Position numbers and translations under genes: made by a program. Shown in pieces: positions 1 to 11,119 of a DNA stretch of 64,000 nucleotides (positions are counted from its first letter, which is position 1; each line of letters begins with the position of its first letter). Source of the stretch: Arenicellales bacterium (GTDB lineage: Bacteria; Pseudomonadota; Gammaproteobacteria; Arenicellales; CBDCFT01); contig CBDCFT010000015.1 of assembly GCA_965216365.1 (NCBI GenBank), positions 185,106 through 249,105 of the forward strand, read 5' to 3'. The notes beneath the pieces are model-generated. The model did no database searches. It was not told the DNA's origin and was given only the letters and a program-made list of their open reading frames with translations.

Positions 1-963
1 TGCTAGTGCCGCAGGCAATCCAAAACGGGTAATCAAACGACTAGTCACGAATAACTGCAATATGATGGTGAGTGCATTGACCGCGAGATCGATGGTGGCA
101 AACACGGCTGTGCGACGTTCTGAATTTTCGAAGGCATCACGTACCAACTCAGCCTGCATAAAATACAAAAACGTTGAAAGTGTCGTGAACAAAAAAATAT
201 ACACACAAATGCCCAACAGGTAGGGCGACTTCAAAACATTTTGCAAACCCTCCCAGGCTTTGCCACCGAGTGCAGCAACTTGTGACTCACCATTTGTCGC
301 TTCACGCCCAAGTGTCATCACACAAACTGTTGCTACTAACAAAAAACCGGCTGAGATAAACAAAAGATTTCCGATACCAAGACGTTGTGCGAGGAAAGCC
401 GTAAGCAACGGCCCGCAAATGGCACCGGCACTGCCACCGGCGGCGATGACAGCGAACAAACGCTTGGCCTGTTGACTGGAAAAAATATCCGCCATGAAAC
501 TCCAGAACACCGACACCACGAATAAATTGAACACACTAACCCATATAAAAAATGCATAGGGTACAGCAGAAACCGATGGTGCAATTTTTATTAGAGCAGC
601 AAATAGCAGAATATTGAAAACGAAAAACAAATAAACGCCCGGTAACAAAGTGCGTCGCGGAAATTTTGCAACTGCTGCGCCGAATATCGGGACTACCACC
701 AGCATCACAATAAATGTTCCGGTAAACAGCCACTGCAGATTTTCAATGCCACCGAGCACACCCATCTCGTCGCGCACGGGCCGCAGAATGTAGTAACCGC
801 ACAACAGGCAAAAGAAGTAAACGAAAGACAACACCACAGCAACGACTTCCTGCGGTCTTACGTTGACCGCTTTTTGAATTTTTTCGATGGTGGGATGTTT
901 CAACTTAATGTATTCGTTGTCCGCTCTTTGGATTCCGTCCTTAAGTCCGCCAAGCTCGTGCAT
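1..963 (-). CDS. NTT/TLC-family (ATP:ADP antiporter-like) membrane transporter, N-terminal part; C-terminus lies beyond the window edge
   Basis: The minus-strand frame is open from ATG at 963 to position 1. The translation (MHELGGLKDG...YYILRPVRDEMGV...FWSFMADIFSSQQAKRLFAVIAAGGSAGAICGPL) has the hydrophobic helices and the FWSF..QAKR motif typical of TLC/NTT carriers. A GAGGAG Shine-Dalgarno lies upstream. It is not in the ORF track because it runs off the edge. Confidence 0.55.
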   Translation of the reverse strand, partial: MHELGGLKDGIQRADNEYIKLKHPTIEKIQKAVNVRPQEVVAVVLSFVYFFCLLCGYYILRPVRDEMGVLGGIENLQWLFTGTFIVMLVVVPIFGAAVAKFPRRTLLPGVYLFFVFNILLFAALIKIAPSVSAVPYAFFIWVSVFNLFVVSVFWSFMADIFSSQQAKRLFAVIAAGGSAGAICGPLLTAFLAQRLGIGNLLFISAGFLLVATVCVMTLGREATNGESQVAALGGKAWEGLQNVLKSPYLLGICVYIFLFTTLSTFLYFMQAELVRDAFENSERRTAVFATIDLAVNALTIILQLFVTSRLITRFGLPAALA

Positions 964-1292
964 CCTTGCACAGACTCCTCTTCATTTGCTACCGCTCGTA
1001 CAGAATGACTGGACGAAAAATCGCCTCACTGAAATCATATCGTAAGAAACCCTGCGCCTAACATCGGGCAAGGTGAAACTGGGGTTTATTCGTGTCCGGC
1101 GGGGCGTCTGCATCATTTTCCAGTAGGATGACCTTCGTTTATTACCAGACTGTAATATGGTGGGGTGGTTTAGCCCGGAACTCCGCCCGCATGTTACCAG
1201 TCATACTACTAACCAGAGAGCCAGGATTGGCAATCTGCCCCGCTCCCCTCCCTGAGCGGGAGATTCCGCAACCTGCGGAGTCGAAACTTCTT

Positions 1293-1339
1293 GGCCCCGG
1301 TTATTTCTCTTCTCCTTCTTACCGGGGCCATTTTTATTT
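1293..1339. terminator. GC-rich hairpin (ggccccggt...accggggcc) followed by ATTTTTATTT on the plus strand; lies just past the engB stop on the minus strand
   Basis: A 9-bp GC stem with a T-run on the plus strand; the engB stop codon is at 1334 on the opposite strand. Confidence 0.5.
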
Positions 1340-1930
1340 GTTCAGGAAATGAATGACGCATTCGCGCGCCTCGTCAACCCCGGTTCGCTTGCTGGCGGAG
1401 AAGAGTTGCACCGACACCTCGGGCAGTTCGCTTAAGGCCAGTTCAACTTCACGCAATGCCTTGGTCGCGTGTTGCCGTGTCAATTTATCGGCCTTGGTCA
1501 GTAAAATATGCACTGGTATCTGAAAGTGCTGGCACCATTCGAGCATTTGTACATCCAGTGGCGTCAGTGGCCGGCGCGCGTCCATGGGCAGTATTAACGC
1601 TTTCAGGCTAATGCGTTCACTCAAATAGGTTTCCAGGCTTTTACGCCAGTGTTTTTTCAGCGCGTCTGAGACCTTGGCATACCCATAGCCGGGCAAGTCG
1701 ACCAACCGGGTGGTTTCGTCGATATCGAAAAACACGATCTGTTGCGTGCGCCCCGGCGTTTTGCTGGTGCGTGCCAGCCCGTTACGCCCGGTAATGGCGT
1801 TAATCGCGCTGGATTTGCCGACATTCGAGCGTCCGGCGAAAGCCACTTCCCGGCCACTGTCCCTTGGCCACTGGTCGGTGTTGTGGGCGCTGACGACAAA
1901 CTGCGCCGAATTCAGATTTATTGATGACAT
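1334..1930 (-). CDS. engB: Ribosome biogenesis GTP-binding protein YihA/EngB
   Basis: 198 aa with the G1 motif GRSNVGKSSAIN, DLPGYG and TKADK motifs; classic EngB length and motif order. Confidence 0.9.
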   Translation of the reverse strand: MSSINLNSAQFVVSAHNTDQWPRDSGREVAFAGRSNVGKSSAINAITGRNGLARTSKTPGRTQQIVFFDIDETTRLVDLPGYGYAKVSDALKKHWRKSLETYLSERISLKALILPMDARRPLTPLDVQMLEWCQHFQIPVHILLTKADKLTRQHATKALREVELALSELPEVSVQLFSASKRTGVDEARECVIHFLNK

Positions 1931-2121
1931 AAGCGCGAAATAATGTCCTGGATGATGATTTACGCCTTGTTTACATGGACTTGTACTAAGCCGGTTGCCT
2001 ACAATACGCTGTTCTGCGCGGATAACGTATAATGCGGGCGATTCGCCGGAACGCTGTAACGCGAACCCCGCAAAACAACACTAAGTGTACGACTTTAAGT
2101 TTACTAGGAGATCATTTGTAA

Positions 2122-2727
2122 ATGAGTATTACTCGCATTATTTGCGCGATTTTTGTGCTGGCGCTGACGAATACAACCGCGAATGCCGCTGGCGATGTAA
2201 AAGCGGGCGAGCAGAAAGCGGCAGCCTGTGCGGCTTGCCACGGCCCCATTGGGGCCAGCCCCAATGCCCAATTTCCCAATCTCGCCGGGCAGGTGCCGGG
2301 TTATATCGCTAAACAACTGGAGATGTTCAAATCGGGCGAACGCGATAATGCCATCATGAAAGGTCTGGCCGATCCGTTATCCGAACAGGATATGGCGGAT
2401 TTAGACGCGTATTATGCGGCACAAAAACCCGCCATGCGCAGCGTTTCGGAAGACCAGGCGGAAATCGCGTTGCTGGGACAGGACATTTATCGTGGCGGCT
2501 ACAAGGAACTCGGCATTGCGCCCTGTATCAGTTGTCACGGGCCGGCTGGACACGGCATTCCGCCGCAATTTCCGCGGGTGTCGGGTCAATACGCCGAATA
2601 TCTCGAGCAACAGTTGCTGGCCTTCAAAGCAGGCGAGCGTGAAAACGACATTATGAATCCCATCGCGTTTCGTTTGTCCATACCGCAAATCAAACAACTG
2701 GCTTTGTATATGTCAGGATTGCAATAA
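2122..2727 (+). CDS. Dihaem cytochrome c4
   Basis: 201 aa with a signal peptide and two CxxCH haem-binding motifs (CAACH, CISCH) in two ~90-aa halves. A taggaga SD sits 8 nt upstream. It is divergent from engB, as in Pseudomonas-type gene order. Confidence 0.9.
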   Translation: MSITRIICAIFVLALTNTTANAAGDVKAGEQKAAACAACHGPIGASPNAQFPNLAGQVPGYIAKQLEMFKSGERDNAIMKGLADPLSEQDMADLDAYYAAQKPAMRSVSEDQAEIALLGQDIYRGGYKELGIAPCISCHGPAGHGIPPQFPRVSGQYAEYLEQQLLAFKAGERENDIMNPIAFRLSIPQIKQLALYMSGLQ

Positions 2728-2754
2728 ATCAACCGGGATTTTTGAACTTATCTG

Positions 2755-2788
2755 AAAGGCGGCTTTTAAGCCGCCTTTTTTGTTTTTG
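2755..2788 (+). terminator. Rho-independent terminator after cytochrome c4
   Basis: aaaggcggcttttaagccgcctttttttgtttttg: a perfect hairpin followed by a T-run. Confidence 0.8.
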
Positions 2789-2885
2789 TCGATCAATCAG
2801 GCCTTGTCAGACGCACCGTAACACCCCATGATTTTAAGATATGAAAAATCGCTTTTTTAACGCAGGCAAAGTACGGAACGTGTAG

Positions 2886-3374
2886 ATGGGATTTCGTTTT
2901 CTGTTTGCGCTGTTCGCGGTGATCGGTTTGATGTGGTTTTTCGGCTGGTACGGCAAAGCGTCTCCGGAGCAACGCAGTCGTTCGCTGAAAATGATCATGT
3001 TGTACGGCATTGCCAGCGCGTTGTTGCTGCTGGTGCTGACCGGCCGTATTCATTGGTTGTTCTCGGCATTCGCGCTGGTGGTGCCCATTGTGCAACGTAT
3101 CATCATGGCAAAACGTGCGTGGAACACATTTCAATCCGCTAAAGACGCATTCGGGCAACAGCACTGGAATAATACAAACTCACCGCGACGCGACGGTGCG
3201 ATGACAACGGACGAAGCCTACGACATTCTGGGCCTGCAACCTGGTGCATCGAAAGAGGAAATCATCGAAGCGCATCGCCGTTTAATGCAAAAAAATCACC
3301 CCGATCGTGGTGGCAACGATTACCTTGCCTCACGAATCAATAAGGCAAAAGATATGTTGTTGGGTGACCACTAA
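2886..3374 (+). CDS. Membrane-anchored J-domain (DnaJ-like) protein
   Basis: The N-terminus has two hydrophobic helices. The C-terminal segment TDEAYDILGLQPGASKEEIIEAHRRLMQKNHPDRGG is a canonical J domain with an HPD motif. Confidence 0.75.
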   Translation: MGFRFLFALFAVIGLMWFFGWYGKASPEQRSRSLKMIMLYGIASALLLLVLTGRIHWLFSAFALVVPIVQRIIMAKRAWNTFQSAKDAFGQQHWNNTNSPRRDGAMTTDEAYDILGLQPGASKEEIIEAHRRLMQKNHPDRGGNDYLASRINKAKDMLLGDH

Positions 3375-3456
3375 CGTGATGATTGTCATGCTGAGCGCAG
3401 CGAAGCATCCAGTCAATTCGCGTCGTGGCCAGTGATCTCACCGCGGGTCGTTTACT

Positions 3457-4311
3457 GTGGCAACGACAATGTTTTATCGCGTCGTTTTCTTAAAGCATTT
3501 AATTGAATTGCAAGTCAAAATAGCGGGCGTATTGTTGCCCGGTTTTGGCTCGTTGAATATCCGGGAAAATCACATTCCTGTGGCCAACAAAACTGGTGAT
3601 TCGATCGTACAAATCCTTCTCGGCACGGAAATTCCCGTGCGCCACACCGAAAAAAGCCCATGGTCAAACGACATACAACAATTTCTCCACTCGTGTGAGC
3701 CGGATATCATATTTTCCGTTTGTTTTCCCCACTCTATCCCTGAAAATATAAGAACTATCGCTAAAAGCGACAGCCTGAATTTTCACAGCTCGCTGTTACC
3801 CAAATACCGCGGCCCCGCGCCGGTTTTTTGGCAGTTGTATTATGGTGAAACCAATACTGGATTCAGTATTCACCGGCTTAGCGATAACATCGATGCCGGT
3901 GATATTGTTTGCCAATATCCTTTGTCGTGGCCGACAGGTGTCACCATCGATGAAATCGACAAGTTTCTAGCGTTCGAGGGAGCAAAACAATTTTGTATAC
4001 TTTTGCAAGATTTTAACCCCGGCACCGCCGCCAGCAAGGTTCAGGATGAAACGTCAGCAACGTATTTCCCAAGCCCTAGCGACAGGGATTGTATCGTTCC
4101 GACAACGTGGTCTGCGCAGCGCGCATTTAATTTTTTGCGTGGCATGGCTTGCCGCCGGGCATTGAGCATCCGCACGACTCAGGGTGATATTCCTGTTGAA
4201 CAGATTGTTGCTGTTCAGCGAGGAGAGGATCGAGCGTTCCCACCCAAACGAAATGAGATAGATATCGAATTCGATCTCAGGTGTTTTGCGTGTTCGCAGA
4301 CGGTAATATAA
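3457..4311 (+). CDS. Formyltransferase-family protein (Fmt-like)
   Basis: The HSSLLPKYRGPAPVFWQLYYGETNTGFSIHRLSDNIDAGDI segment matches the formyl-transferase catalytic core (HxSLLPxxRG ... D). The N-terminus is atypical, so the start is uncertain. Confidence 0.65.
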   Translation: MATTMFYRVVFLKHLIELQVKIAGVLLPGFGSLNIRENHIPVANKTGDSIVQILLGTEIPVRHTEKSPWSNDIQQFLHSCEPDIIFSVCFPHSIPENIRTIAKSDSLNFHSSLLPKYRGPAPVFWQLYYGETNTGFSIHRLSDNIDAGDIVCQYPLSWPTGVTIDEIDKFLAFEGAKQFCILLQDFNPGTAASKVQDETSATYFPSPSDRDCIVPTTWSAQRAFNFLRGMACRRALSIRTTQGDIPVEQIVAVQRGEDRAFPPKRNEIDIEFDLRCFACSQTVI

Positions 4312-4529
4312 TCCGTTGGAGAAATACGCTAAAATCATCGTCCGGGATAAACAACGCTGTCAATCATGTTCAAACGTAACGCCGCGCCCATGGCGCGACG
4401 CCGTAAAGCGATATTTCGGGCTGACAAGTCATCGGGTAAGGTGCGGGTCAAACTCGAGCCATCCCTCACACCGGCTAAACCTGCGCCAAAACCAACACGC
4501 GCTCGCCGCCGCACGCGTCAAGACAACCC

Positions 4530-5802
4530 GTGCGCGTGACAGGCCGGTCTCCAGTATCGACACCGCGGAAAACAAACACGGTTCACAAAACCAGGCCGGT
4601 CAAACCCTGGCGCTGGTTACTTTCATTAGCGGCGCTGACAACCAGTGTTGCGTGGCCGGTCAGTCTGAGCGGTCTTGAATACTCGCGCGAGCAAATCTGG
4701 GGTGTCAATCAGGCTCTGATTGCGCAGGCGCTGGATCAGCACGTGCGCGCCGGGTCATTGCCGACCGGTATCGAATTATCCGCTGGAAATAAATTCTACG
4801 ACGCAAAAATTCAATACAGTCTCGACTCTGAGCTGCAAGGCAAGGTACAACGTCTGTTGCGCCAATACGGCCCGGATTACGGTGCGTTTGTCGCCCTGGA
4901 GCCTGAAACCGGTCGCGTGCTCGCGATGGCGAGTTACAACCGTGCCGGCCGTGACATCGGCAACCTTGCGTTGCAAAATACGTTCCCGGCGGCGTCAGTG
5001 TTCAAGGTCGTTACCGCGGCGGCAGTAATCGATCAGGGCAAGGCCGACTACGCAACGGTGCTACCGTTTAACGGCAAGAGCTACCAGCTTGTATAAAACC
5101 AATGTATTGAAACACAAAACCACCAAGTGGACGCGCAAGCCTACGCTGCGATCAGCATTCGCTAAATCGATAAACACCGTATTCGCACGCTTAGGGATTT
5201 ATCATGTGGGCGGCGAGACGCTGCAAGAGTATGCAAGCCGGTTCGGTTTCAATAACGAAATCAACGGCGATATCCCGGTGAATTCGGGTACCACGGCGAT
5301 TGATCATGGCGACGAATGGTCGGTGGCCGAAGCGGCGTCGGGTTATACGCGCAGCAATACCATGAGTCCGTTACAAGGCGCGATGATTGCCGCGACTATC
5401 GTAAACGACGGCAAGATGGTCAAGCCCTATCTGGTTGAGTCGGTCAACAATGAAAACGGTATTTTAATGTACGCGGCGGAGCCGGAAGAAATCGATCAAG
5501 TGATCACATCGCGCACGGCATCGCAGATGCGTATCCTGATGCGCGAAACCGTCAAGAGCGGTTCAGCGCGCAAATCTTTCAGGAAGTTTTTCAAGGGTGA
5601 TATGGCCCAGGTCGATGTCGGCGGAAAAACCGGTACCTTGAACGGTTTTGAACCCAAGGGTACCTACGACTGGTTCGTCGGTTACGGCGAATTGAACGGA
5701 CGCAAAATCGCTTACGCTACCCTGTGTATCAACGTCGAAAAATGGTACGTGAAGTCGTCTAATTTTGCGCGCATGGTTTTAGAGTCGTATTTCGAAGCGT
5801 AA
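4530..5802 (+). pseudogene. Penicillin-binding-protein transpeptidase-domain gene, split by a +1 frameshift near 5089–5096
   Basis: ORF 4530–5096 carries the TM anchor and the SVFK (SxxK) motif. ORF 5089–5802 carries the SIN (SxN) and KTGT (KTG) motifs, so together they form one PBP transpeptidase domain. The frames join across the ataaaacc run. This could be a sequencing error. Confidence 0.6.
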
Positions 5803-7171
5803 CCTATAAAACTAATTTTACAAACTCGGAGTTGATCTTACAAAAATTACAGACTTTAGTTTGGAAATCGTCGGACAGCGAACGGCCGTAGTTTGCCCTA
5901 ACCAGCCAGTTCAAAATTCTTAGGCTGAATAGCAATGGATAACGATTTGCGGAAGTATTGACTAAAGGGAAAGCAGACATAACGTCATCCGAAGGGGCTT
6001 ATAAAACTTGCTCTTAACCCGCTTGTTATCGTTCAATTTATCTAGATTGGTGTAGATTCCTACCCGAGATGACGCGGAGGTTTCACGCATACGATATCGC
6101 TAAGTACTGGCAGGGTACGAAAGCCCTTATCTCTTGGATCTCACTCGCGGCACTGGGATCAGGTCTAGATGCACTCGCTCATGTGTTTCGCTCATTTTAT
6201 ATGGCAATACGTCAAAATCGATACCTACATCTTCAACAAATGACCGGGGTCGATTTTTGCACTCGACCAAGGAAACGAGCCTGTTCCCACCCAAGTCACA
6301 ATCCGTTCCTCGGATTTCATCTTTCTCTGTCAGCCGTCCACGTAAATAAAAGCCCTGAAGTAAACACCGTCGGCTCGGAGGTCGTCTGTTATCGGTGGCG
6401 CACACAAACCAGAGCCAGATTTGAATCCGGGTGCTTCCGAAAACAAAGTAGCCTTCACTTTTTTCGATCTGACGCCATGCTCTAACAGCCAGTGGTTTCG
6501 AAGTCATTAGGGACGAGTCCTGTATTAGGATCTATGTTACTGTTATGACCCTCTTCCGAAACAAAGATCATGTTTCCCCCTTGGTCAATGTATCATCATG
6601 ACCCCTTCGACGCGTCCATAGCCCACGATACAGCAGACCTTCGTAGGATCCATGGACGCGGAACAGCTCGAAGCTGATATCGGTCATTTCCACTTTTCAC
6701 TAAATCATAGTCCGACTTCGCGAGAATATGGCTAAGGTTCGACAGTCTTGATTTTTGTGTTTTCACTTTTAGTTCCTCGTGGTCTGTTCTTTCATTCAGT
6801 GACACTACGATCAATGACCGCATCGAGTATCAATTTGCCATTCAACAATATTCGATGAATGATCCTTTCTGTACGTCTGTGGTCATCTCAGGGGTTACCG
6901 TTGCTATGATTCCACGCTAGACCAAGACACGAAAGGACAATACAACCCACTTCGAATTGCTGGCTTGACTAACTCATCGTGCAAAGCCTATCTCTGGTCA
7001 TTAACTACGCCCTGAACCCGTACGTTATGGTCTGCTGTGGCTAATCGAAGCCTTGAGTCCCAAGTTGATCTTAATTCGACTCGATGCGCCAAAGCAATTG
7101 TCCGATTGACAACGTCATTAGATGTGGCAACAATGATGTTGCTTTCAAAAACCGCAAAGGAGGAGAAGAGT

Positions 7172-8309
7172 ATGACCTTAAACTGTCTAAGGTACCTTGG
7201 TGTCTCGTTTGTTGTTTTGGGTTTGCTCATATCGGTAATCGCTGCGCCCAGGACTTATGCTCAACAAAACTCCGGAAATCAAATTACTTTTACATCATGG
7301 CCGGGACCCTATATGCGCAGCCAGATGCTAGGCTTTGTGCGTCCCTACGAAGAGAAACATGGCGTCCGGGTTCATGTGGCGAGTTACAACGGTGGTATTG
7401 ATGAAATCCGCGATCAGGTCGAATCGGCGAATGTTATCTGGGATGTTGTTGACTTGACCCAGGCGGATTCATTACGCGCCTGCAACGAAGGGTTGCTGGA
7501 GAATATTGAGGATATTAATTTACCCGACGGAGCGGATGGAAGCAGTTACCGAGATGATTTCGTTGGCGGGGCACTGAATCCTTGCGGCGTTGGCGTTATC
7601 GTCTGGGCGACCGCCTTTGCCTACAGTCACAACGCTTATGAGACCGCACAGCCGACATTCAATTTCAGATTTTTTCGACACCGATAAATTCCCTGGCCCG
7701 CGTGCTATCCGCGATGACCCTACGGTAATTATGGAATGGGCGCTGATGGCTGATGGCGTCCCCCGTGAAGATGTCTATCCCACTCTTGAGACCCCCGAGG
7801 GCATCCAACGCGCGTTGGCAAAGATGGATGCGATTAAACCCGGCCTCCAGCTTTGGAGCACCGGGCGAGAACCGGTTAGGCTATTGAACACCGGCGAGTC
7901 ACCCATGGTCATGGTCTGGGCAACTACTGGCGCCGTGGCATCAAGGGAAGAAGGGGCGAATTTCTCCGTTGTATGGGATGGCCGTGTGATTGAACTCGAC
8001 CTATTCGGTATCCCAAAAGGCAGCCGGTACAAGGACGAAGCGATTGAATTCATCCAGTTCGCGAGCAGTTCCAAATCCCTGGCCGATATGGTTACCCTTT
8101 TGCCCAACGGCCCGACCCGAAAGTCCTCGTTTGCTTTCCTAACCGATGAAGTACTGGCTCAGATTCCAAATGGACCAGCTTATGATGAACAACTTTCAAT
8201 TTTGTCCGATGCTGAATGGTGGTCGAAAAACCACACCGCTTTGGAAGAAGCGTTTGATGAGTGGGCCGCAGAAGCTGGACAGAAAGGCGCTTCCGGCACC
8301 GTTCGATAA
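7172..8309 (+). pseudogene. ABC-transporter periplasmic substrate-binding protein (PotD/PotF-like family 1 SBP), frameshifted near 7660–7690
   Basis: A strong SD (aaggaggagaag) precedes ATG at 7172, followed by a signal peptide. The N-terminal half ends at 7687 in a T-rich run. The C-terminal half (...DFFDTDKFPG...) continues in another frame to 8309. The reconstructed protein is a typical SBP_bac_1. Confidence 0.6.
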
Positions 8310-8342
8310 CAAACACATTAGTGTTCGAGGTAGGATATATCA

Positions 8343-9944
8343 ATGAGTAATAAGACTATTACGCGACCAGATGATCTGGTCTCCAAATCCGGGTTATTTT
8401 CCGGAATGAACGCCATTATGGCGATCGCATCCATGGTTATGATCTTAGGGTTTGTGGCCTTTACCATTGTGGATGTCGAATATTCAGGAAAGGTCTTTGC
8501 CGCAGGGAAAGACTTCATTATCGGCACCCTGGATTGGTTCTACGTTTTGGTGGTGAACTTGGTGCTTTTTTTCGTTTTTTGGCTACTGATGAGCCGCTTC
8601 GGTGATGTGAAGCTCGGCAAAGAAGACCAAGAACCGGATTTCTCGACATTCTCGTGGATCTGCATGTTGTTTAGCGCGGGGCTGGGTTCGGGTCTGATCT
8701 ATTGGGGCGTTGCGGAGCCGATGTACCATATTCAGGATAACCCCTTCATAGCGCGTGCCGGAATCGAGGCAGGTGGTGTGGAAGCAGCTACCACCGCCAT
8801 ACGAATCACCAATTTTCATTGGGGACTGCATGGTTGGGCGCTCTATGTGCTGGTGGGTTTAAGCCTTGCCTACTTCCACTACCGAAGGGATTTGCCACTG
8901 ACGTTTCGTACCACTCTGTACCCCATCCTTAAAGAAAAAATCTATGGTCCATGGGGTCACCTGATCGATCTGATCGCTGTGTTCGGAACAATCTTTGGCC
9001 TAGCAACCTCTCTGGGTTTGGGTGTCACACCTATCGCGGCCGGTATGGAAAAGCTGGGCTGGATATCAAATACTCAAACCAACCAATTGATCCTTGTTGC
9101 AATTATTACGGCATTGGGAACAGGCTCCGCCGTCTCTGGTGTGGGCAGGGGTGTACGGATACTGAGCGAGATAAACGTTTGGGCGAGCCTCGGGTTGCTT
9201 TTGCTTTTCCTGGTTTTGGGACCAACCGCCTTTATTCTTGGTATGACGATCACCGGCGCTGGCGACTATCTTTGGAATGTTATCCCCATGGGTTTCTGGA
9301 TTGACGGCGATCCTGAGCGCCAATGGCAGAGCTGGTGGACAATCTTCTATTGGGGTTGGTGGATAGCGTGGTGTCCGTTTGTTGGTTTGTTTATCGCCCG
9401 CGTTTCCAAGGGTCGTACGATCCGTCAGTTCTGCTTGTGTGTGCTTCTCGTCCCGGTTTCGGTAGTTATTCTGTGGATGGGAATATTCGGCAGTGCCGCC
9501 ACCGGCGTCGACCTCTTCTACAATGCAGGTGTGGTCGATGCGGTCAATGCGGATTATGCGTCGGGAGTATTCCAAACGATTGCGGGTTTTGGTTACGACT
9601 CCTTGGTCACGCCGATTACCATACTGGTCACCCTTTTACTGGTGTCATGGTTCGTCACATCGTCGGATTCGGGTACGCTGGTAATGTGTACGATGCTCTC
9701 CATGGGTGATGAGCATCCACCGATCAAGTTCCGTCTTTTCTGGGGTATCACCGCCGGCGTTGTTGCCGGTGTACTCATGCTGGCGGGCGGTTTGACAGCA
9801 CTTCAGACGGCATCAATTGTAGCGGGCCTGCCGATTGCGGTGATCTTGCTATTTATGGGCTATGGGATGGTGAAAACGTTGTATGAAGACTTCCCCGCAC
9901 CCGATGTCGAAGACAAGCGGGAGCTGGAGTACTTGAATCGTTAA
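8343..9944 (+). CDS. BCCT-family transporter (betaine/carnitine/choline)
   Basis: 533 aa with 12 TM helices and the BCCT signature WTIFYWGWWIAWCPFVGLFIARVSKGRTIRQF. Confidence 0.9.
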   Translation: MSNKTITRPDDLVSKSGLFSGMNAIMAIASMVMILGFVAFTIVDVEYSGKVFAAGKDFIIGTLDWFYVLVVNLVLFFVFWLLMSRFGDVKLGKEDQEPDFSTFSWICMLFSAGLGSGLIYWGVAEPMYHIQDNPFIARAGIEAGGVEAATTAIRITNFHWGLHGWALYVLVGLSLAYFHYRRDLPLTFRTTLYPILKEKIYGPWGHLIDLIAVFGTIFGLATSLGLGVTPIAAGMEKLGWISNTQTNQLILVAIITALGTGSAVSGVGRGVRILSEINVWASLGLLLLFLVLGPTAFILGMTITGAGDYLWNVIPMGFWIDGDPERQWQSWWTIFYWGWWIAWCPFVGLFIARVSKGRTIRQFCLCVLLVPVSVVILWMGIFGSAATGVDLFYNAGVVDAVNADYASGVFQTIAGFGYDSLVTPITILVTLLLVSWFVTSSDSGTLVMCTMLSMGDEHPPIKFRLFWGITAGVVAGVLMLAGGLTALQTASIVAGLPIAVILLFMGYGMVKTLYEDFPAPDVEDKRELEYLNR

Positions 9945-10299
9945 TATCGGTTATCTGTCACCTTTCAACTTCACATTGTGGGTGGAAAAATCCGCCCCAA
10001 AAGTCTATGGGGTAAATCCGTGGGACCGGACCGATTTTGGCGCGCCCTGCGGCACGCAGTTCATCCAGCCGCTTTACGGTAGTGCCCTCGAGCCTGGCTG
10101 TGCGTCGCCCGAAGGCGCGAATGATCTGCCTTCGTCAAGAAGTGACATCAGAAGTTGAAACGTGTGAGTTCTCTCCCTAAAAACACGCTCGAACTTACTA
10201 TAAAGAGTATACATGCGCCTAATGCACATCATATTCTTTGATATCGTTGGATAGGCTGCGTCTTCTTCTCGACTTGACGCTGCGGCTGATGCGTGACGG

Positions 10300-10893
10300 T
10301 GCACCGTGGGGACGCGCAACCGGCTTTCGAAGGGATCAAGAGCATCTTGGTGCCGACCGACAGTATCGAACCAAGCAGACAAGGCGGTGAACTCGCGAGC
10401 GACATGTTGCGCTAAATATGGTGCGAAGCTGGTACTCCTGTACGTAATGTGGCGCGGTCCGTCGCTCGAATTCTCCGTGTCTCGGTCGACCTGGATCAAC
10501 CATGCGAGAGTGCCCGTGATGAACTGGACCCGGTGCAACACCCGATCGCCGACATGTTAGTAGCACCTTCTACCGCCGATTGTGTCGAAGGACGCGTCCA
10601 AGGAAATCGGCGAACAAGTTCTCGCACGCGGGGGCGACAAACCGCATGAGGCAAAAGGCGTTTGGACTCCGAAACTAGTGCTGCTGGACGGAGACCCGGC
10701 GCGCGCAATTGTCGGGACCACCCGGCGTGAGCAAGCGGACTTGATTGCATGGGCAGTGGCGGTCTCGGGGGAGTTGAAGGACTACTCACAGGCAGCGTAT
10801 CGTACAATGTGTCGCACGGTTCCCTGCAGTTGCATGATCGTTTACTGACGCCACGGGTGCGCCCGAGCGGACCCTTCTTGGGAAACCTAGCCC
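10300..10893 (+). repeat. Copy A of a ~600-bp direct repeat unit; a degenerate universal-stress-protein (UspA-family) gene
   Basis: Aligns with 11428–12068 at high identity with indels. The frames encode ...ILVPTD..NQADKAV..AKYGAKLVLLYV... and ...LLDGDPARAIVGTTRREQADLIAWAV..., which are the USP N- and C-terminal motifs, interrupted by frameshifts. Confidence 0.6.
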
Positions 10894-11119
10894 GGATATT
10901 GCATGAGTAGTGCCGAGTGTCAGGAGGAAAAGGCCTTGTTATGCAGGTTGAGTCGTTGAAAGACCTATCAGTATTTTCAGAATAGAGGTGTGAATTGGCA
11001 TTTGTTCCACTGCAATGTGATCGATTTTCAGGGGTGAATCGAGCATTTTCTTTGTCCCAGGGCGAGCGATGTCCTGGCGTGATGCATCACGCCGTTGAAA
11101 TGGACCGATAACGGTCGAC

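Noticed and set aside
1092-1352. 86-aa plus-strand ORF in the transporter–engB spacer
   Set aside because: It has no SD and its composition does not look like protein. The region is better explained as a leader/terminator or small RNA.
6069-6507. Overlapping antisense ORFs 6069..6485 (+) and 6127..6507 (−)
   Set aside because: Mutually exclusive, with no motifs or ribosome-binding sites. They lie in a low-GC tract that looks degraded.
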